A DNA stretch of 24,000 nt from Planctomycetales bacterium ZRK34 (GTDB taxonomy: Bacteria > Planctomycetota > Phycisphaerae > Phycisphaerales > Zrk34), in the NCBI GenBank assembly GCA_014873095.1, contig CP050848.1, positions 2,515,850 to 2,539,849 on the forward strand, read 5' to 3'. A program made the translations under genes and the position numbers. Shown piece after piece: positions 22,985-24,000 of the stretch; position 1 is the first letter of the stretch, and the number at the start of each line of letters is the position of its first letter. Under the pieces are notes generated by a model. The model made no database searches. It was not told the origin of the DNA and was given only the letters and a program-made list of their open reading frames with translations.

Positions 22985-24000
22985 TCATGGATTCTGGGCG
23001 GATTTCGCCTCCGCGGCGATCTCCGTGTCGCTCAACGGGCGCGCCCAGAGCTTGACCTGGTCGATGGCGCCGGGGAAATAACCCGGGCGGCCGGTGTCTG
23101 CCGGAGCCCCGCCCCAGGCGTCGCGGCCGATCCACAGCTCCTGGGCGTTCTGGTACAGGTCGCCGGGATTGTCTTTGTGGGCGACGGGCTTGCCGTCGAT
23201 GTACAGCGTTACGCCTTGGCCGTGTTTGACGACCGCCGCCACGTGCTGCCACGCATCGGGTTTGAGCACCGGCTCGCTGGCGAAGTTGAACGACCATTTG
23301 CCCTGCGCGTCGGTCGCCTCGAAGGTCAGTCGCTTGTCACGAACCGCGATGATGAACGGCGCGGCCGTGCCCGTGGTGCGCTTGGACACGATGCCGAAGC
23401 GGCCGTCGACGCGCGCCGGTTTGATCCATGCGGTGGCCGTCCAGTTCGGCATGTTGATCATCCGCCCGCGATCGACCTGCAGACCGGTCGACCCGTCCAG
23501 CACGACGGCCGACCCGCTGGGCGCCTCATCGGTGTAGGCGATCTTGCCGTCGGGCATGGCGTCGAATCCGTTGCCGGCCGCGTCGTCGGCGGCGTTGGGG
23601 TCTTTGCGGTCGAAGTTCCACACCGCGATCGGGCCCGTGCCTTTCATCATCTTCGCCCATGCCGCCGCCTGCTGACGGGCGATCGCCGCTTCATCGCGGT
23701 AGGTTTCAGCGACGTTGTCGAAGGTGTTGTTCTGCACCAGTACGCCGGCCGTATCACGATGCACCCACACGCCGCGGTCGGCATTGGCCACATGGTTCTG
23801 CTCGACGATGACATCGCGCGTGAAGGTCGGCGTCTTGCCATCGGGGCCGGCCGCGTCGCGCGAGCCGATCGTGATGTGCGCGTTCGAATGCAGCTTGTTG
23901 CCGCGCACCACCGTGCCCAGCGACATCGGCCATTGCCAATCGCCCCGGCGCGGGTGCGCCAGAACGACCAACTCCGCCTCGGCCGCCAGCGTGCTCTGAT
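22985..24000 (-). CDS. 3' part of a secreted right-handed beta-helix protein with C-terminal LamG (concanavalin-A-like lectin) domain; 5' end outside window
   Basis: The frame stays open upstream of the ORF-track TTG at 23971 to the window edge. Beta-helix repeats (VEQNHVANADRGVWVHRDTAGVLVQNNTFDNV). LamG-like end (WTATAWIKPARVDGRFGIVSKR..WQHVAAVVKHGQGVTLYIDGKPV..ELWIGRDAWGG..FPGAIDQVKLWARPLSDTEI). Confidence 0.75.
   Translation of the reverse strand, partial: QSTLAAEAELVVLAHPRRGDWQWPMSLGTVVRGNKLHSNAHITIGSRDAAGPDGKTPTFTRDVIVEQNHVANADRGVWVHRDTAGVLVQNNTFDNVAETYRDEAAIARQQAAAWAKMMKGTGPIAVWNFDRKDPNAADDAAGNGFDAMPDGKIAYTDEAPSGSAVVLDGSTGLQVDRGRMINMPNWTATAWIKPARVDGRFGIVSKRTTGTAAPFIIAVRDKRLTFEATDAQGKWSFNFASEPVLKPDAWQHVAAVVKHGQGVTLYIDGKPVAHKDNPGDLYQNAQELWIGRDAWGGAPADTGRPGYFPGAIDQVKLWARPLSDTEIAAEAKSAQNP

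Noticed and set aside
1-24000. Scan for tRNA/rRNA genes, CRISPR arrays, IS elements, integrases and toxin-antitoxin or defence genes
   Set aside because: I saw no cloverleaf-compatible sequence, no regularly spaced direct repeats, no terminal inverted repeats flanking a transposase-like ORF, and no nuclease, ATPase or methylase-type defence proteins in any frame.

Overview
High-GC bacterial chromosomal window with about 20 real genes. The remaining long ORFs in the track are antisense shadow frames typical of high-GC DNA. The gene mix suggests a PVC-superphylum organism (Planctomycetota/Phycisphaerae-, Verrucomicrobiota- or Lentisphaerota-like): four PEP-CTERM proteins, a DUF1559-type prepilin-leader protein, and an ECF sigma/FecR anti-sigma pair next to glycoside hydrolases. 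This taxonomic call is inference only. Left third (1..9.6 kb): a glycan-degradation locus. A minus-strand operon encodes ECF sigma, anti-sigma, a tandem-domain PEP-CTERM protein, a pilin-like protein and an esterase. It diverges from a plus-strand operon encoding GH28, a clan GH-A hydrolase and a second esterase. The shared intergenic region carries two divergently oriented copies of an ECF-type promoter motif, TGTAAGAAA-N13-CGTA. This locus is my best candidate for an undescribed system. Remainder: a stand-alone PEP-CTERM gene; thiC with a clear TPP riboswitch; a NagD-like HAD phosphatase; an AraC regulator divergent from a Zn-alcohol dehydrogenase plus a Tat-leader cupin; a choice-of-anchor-A-like PEP-CTERM gene; a PPi-type phosphofructokinase; cstA; a fourth PEP-CTERM gene; and the 3' part of a beta-helix/LamG protein. 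Other non-coding signals: a 27-nt perfect palindrome present twice, each copy just downstream of a PEP-CTERM gene; several intrinsic terminators; and an orphan plus-strand promoter/terminator pair between pfk and cstA (candidate small RNA). I found no tRNA, rRNA, CRISPR array, transposase or integrase. All calls come from reading the sequence and ORF translations, with no database search.
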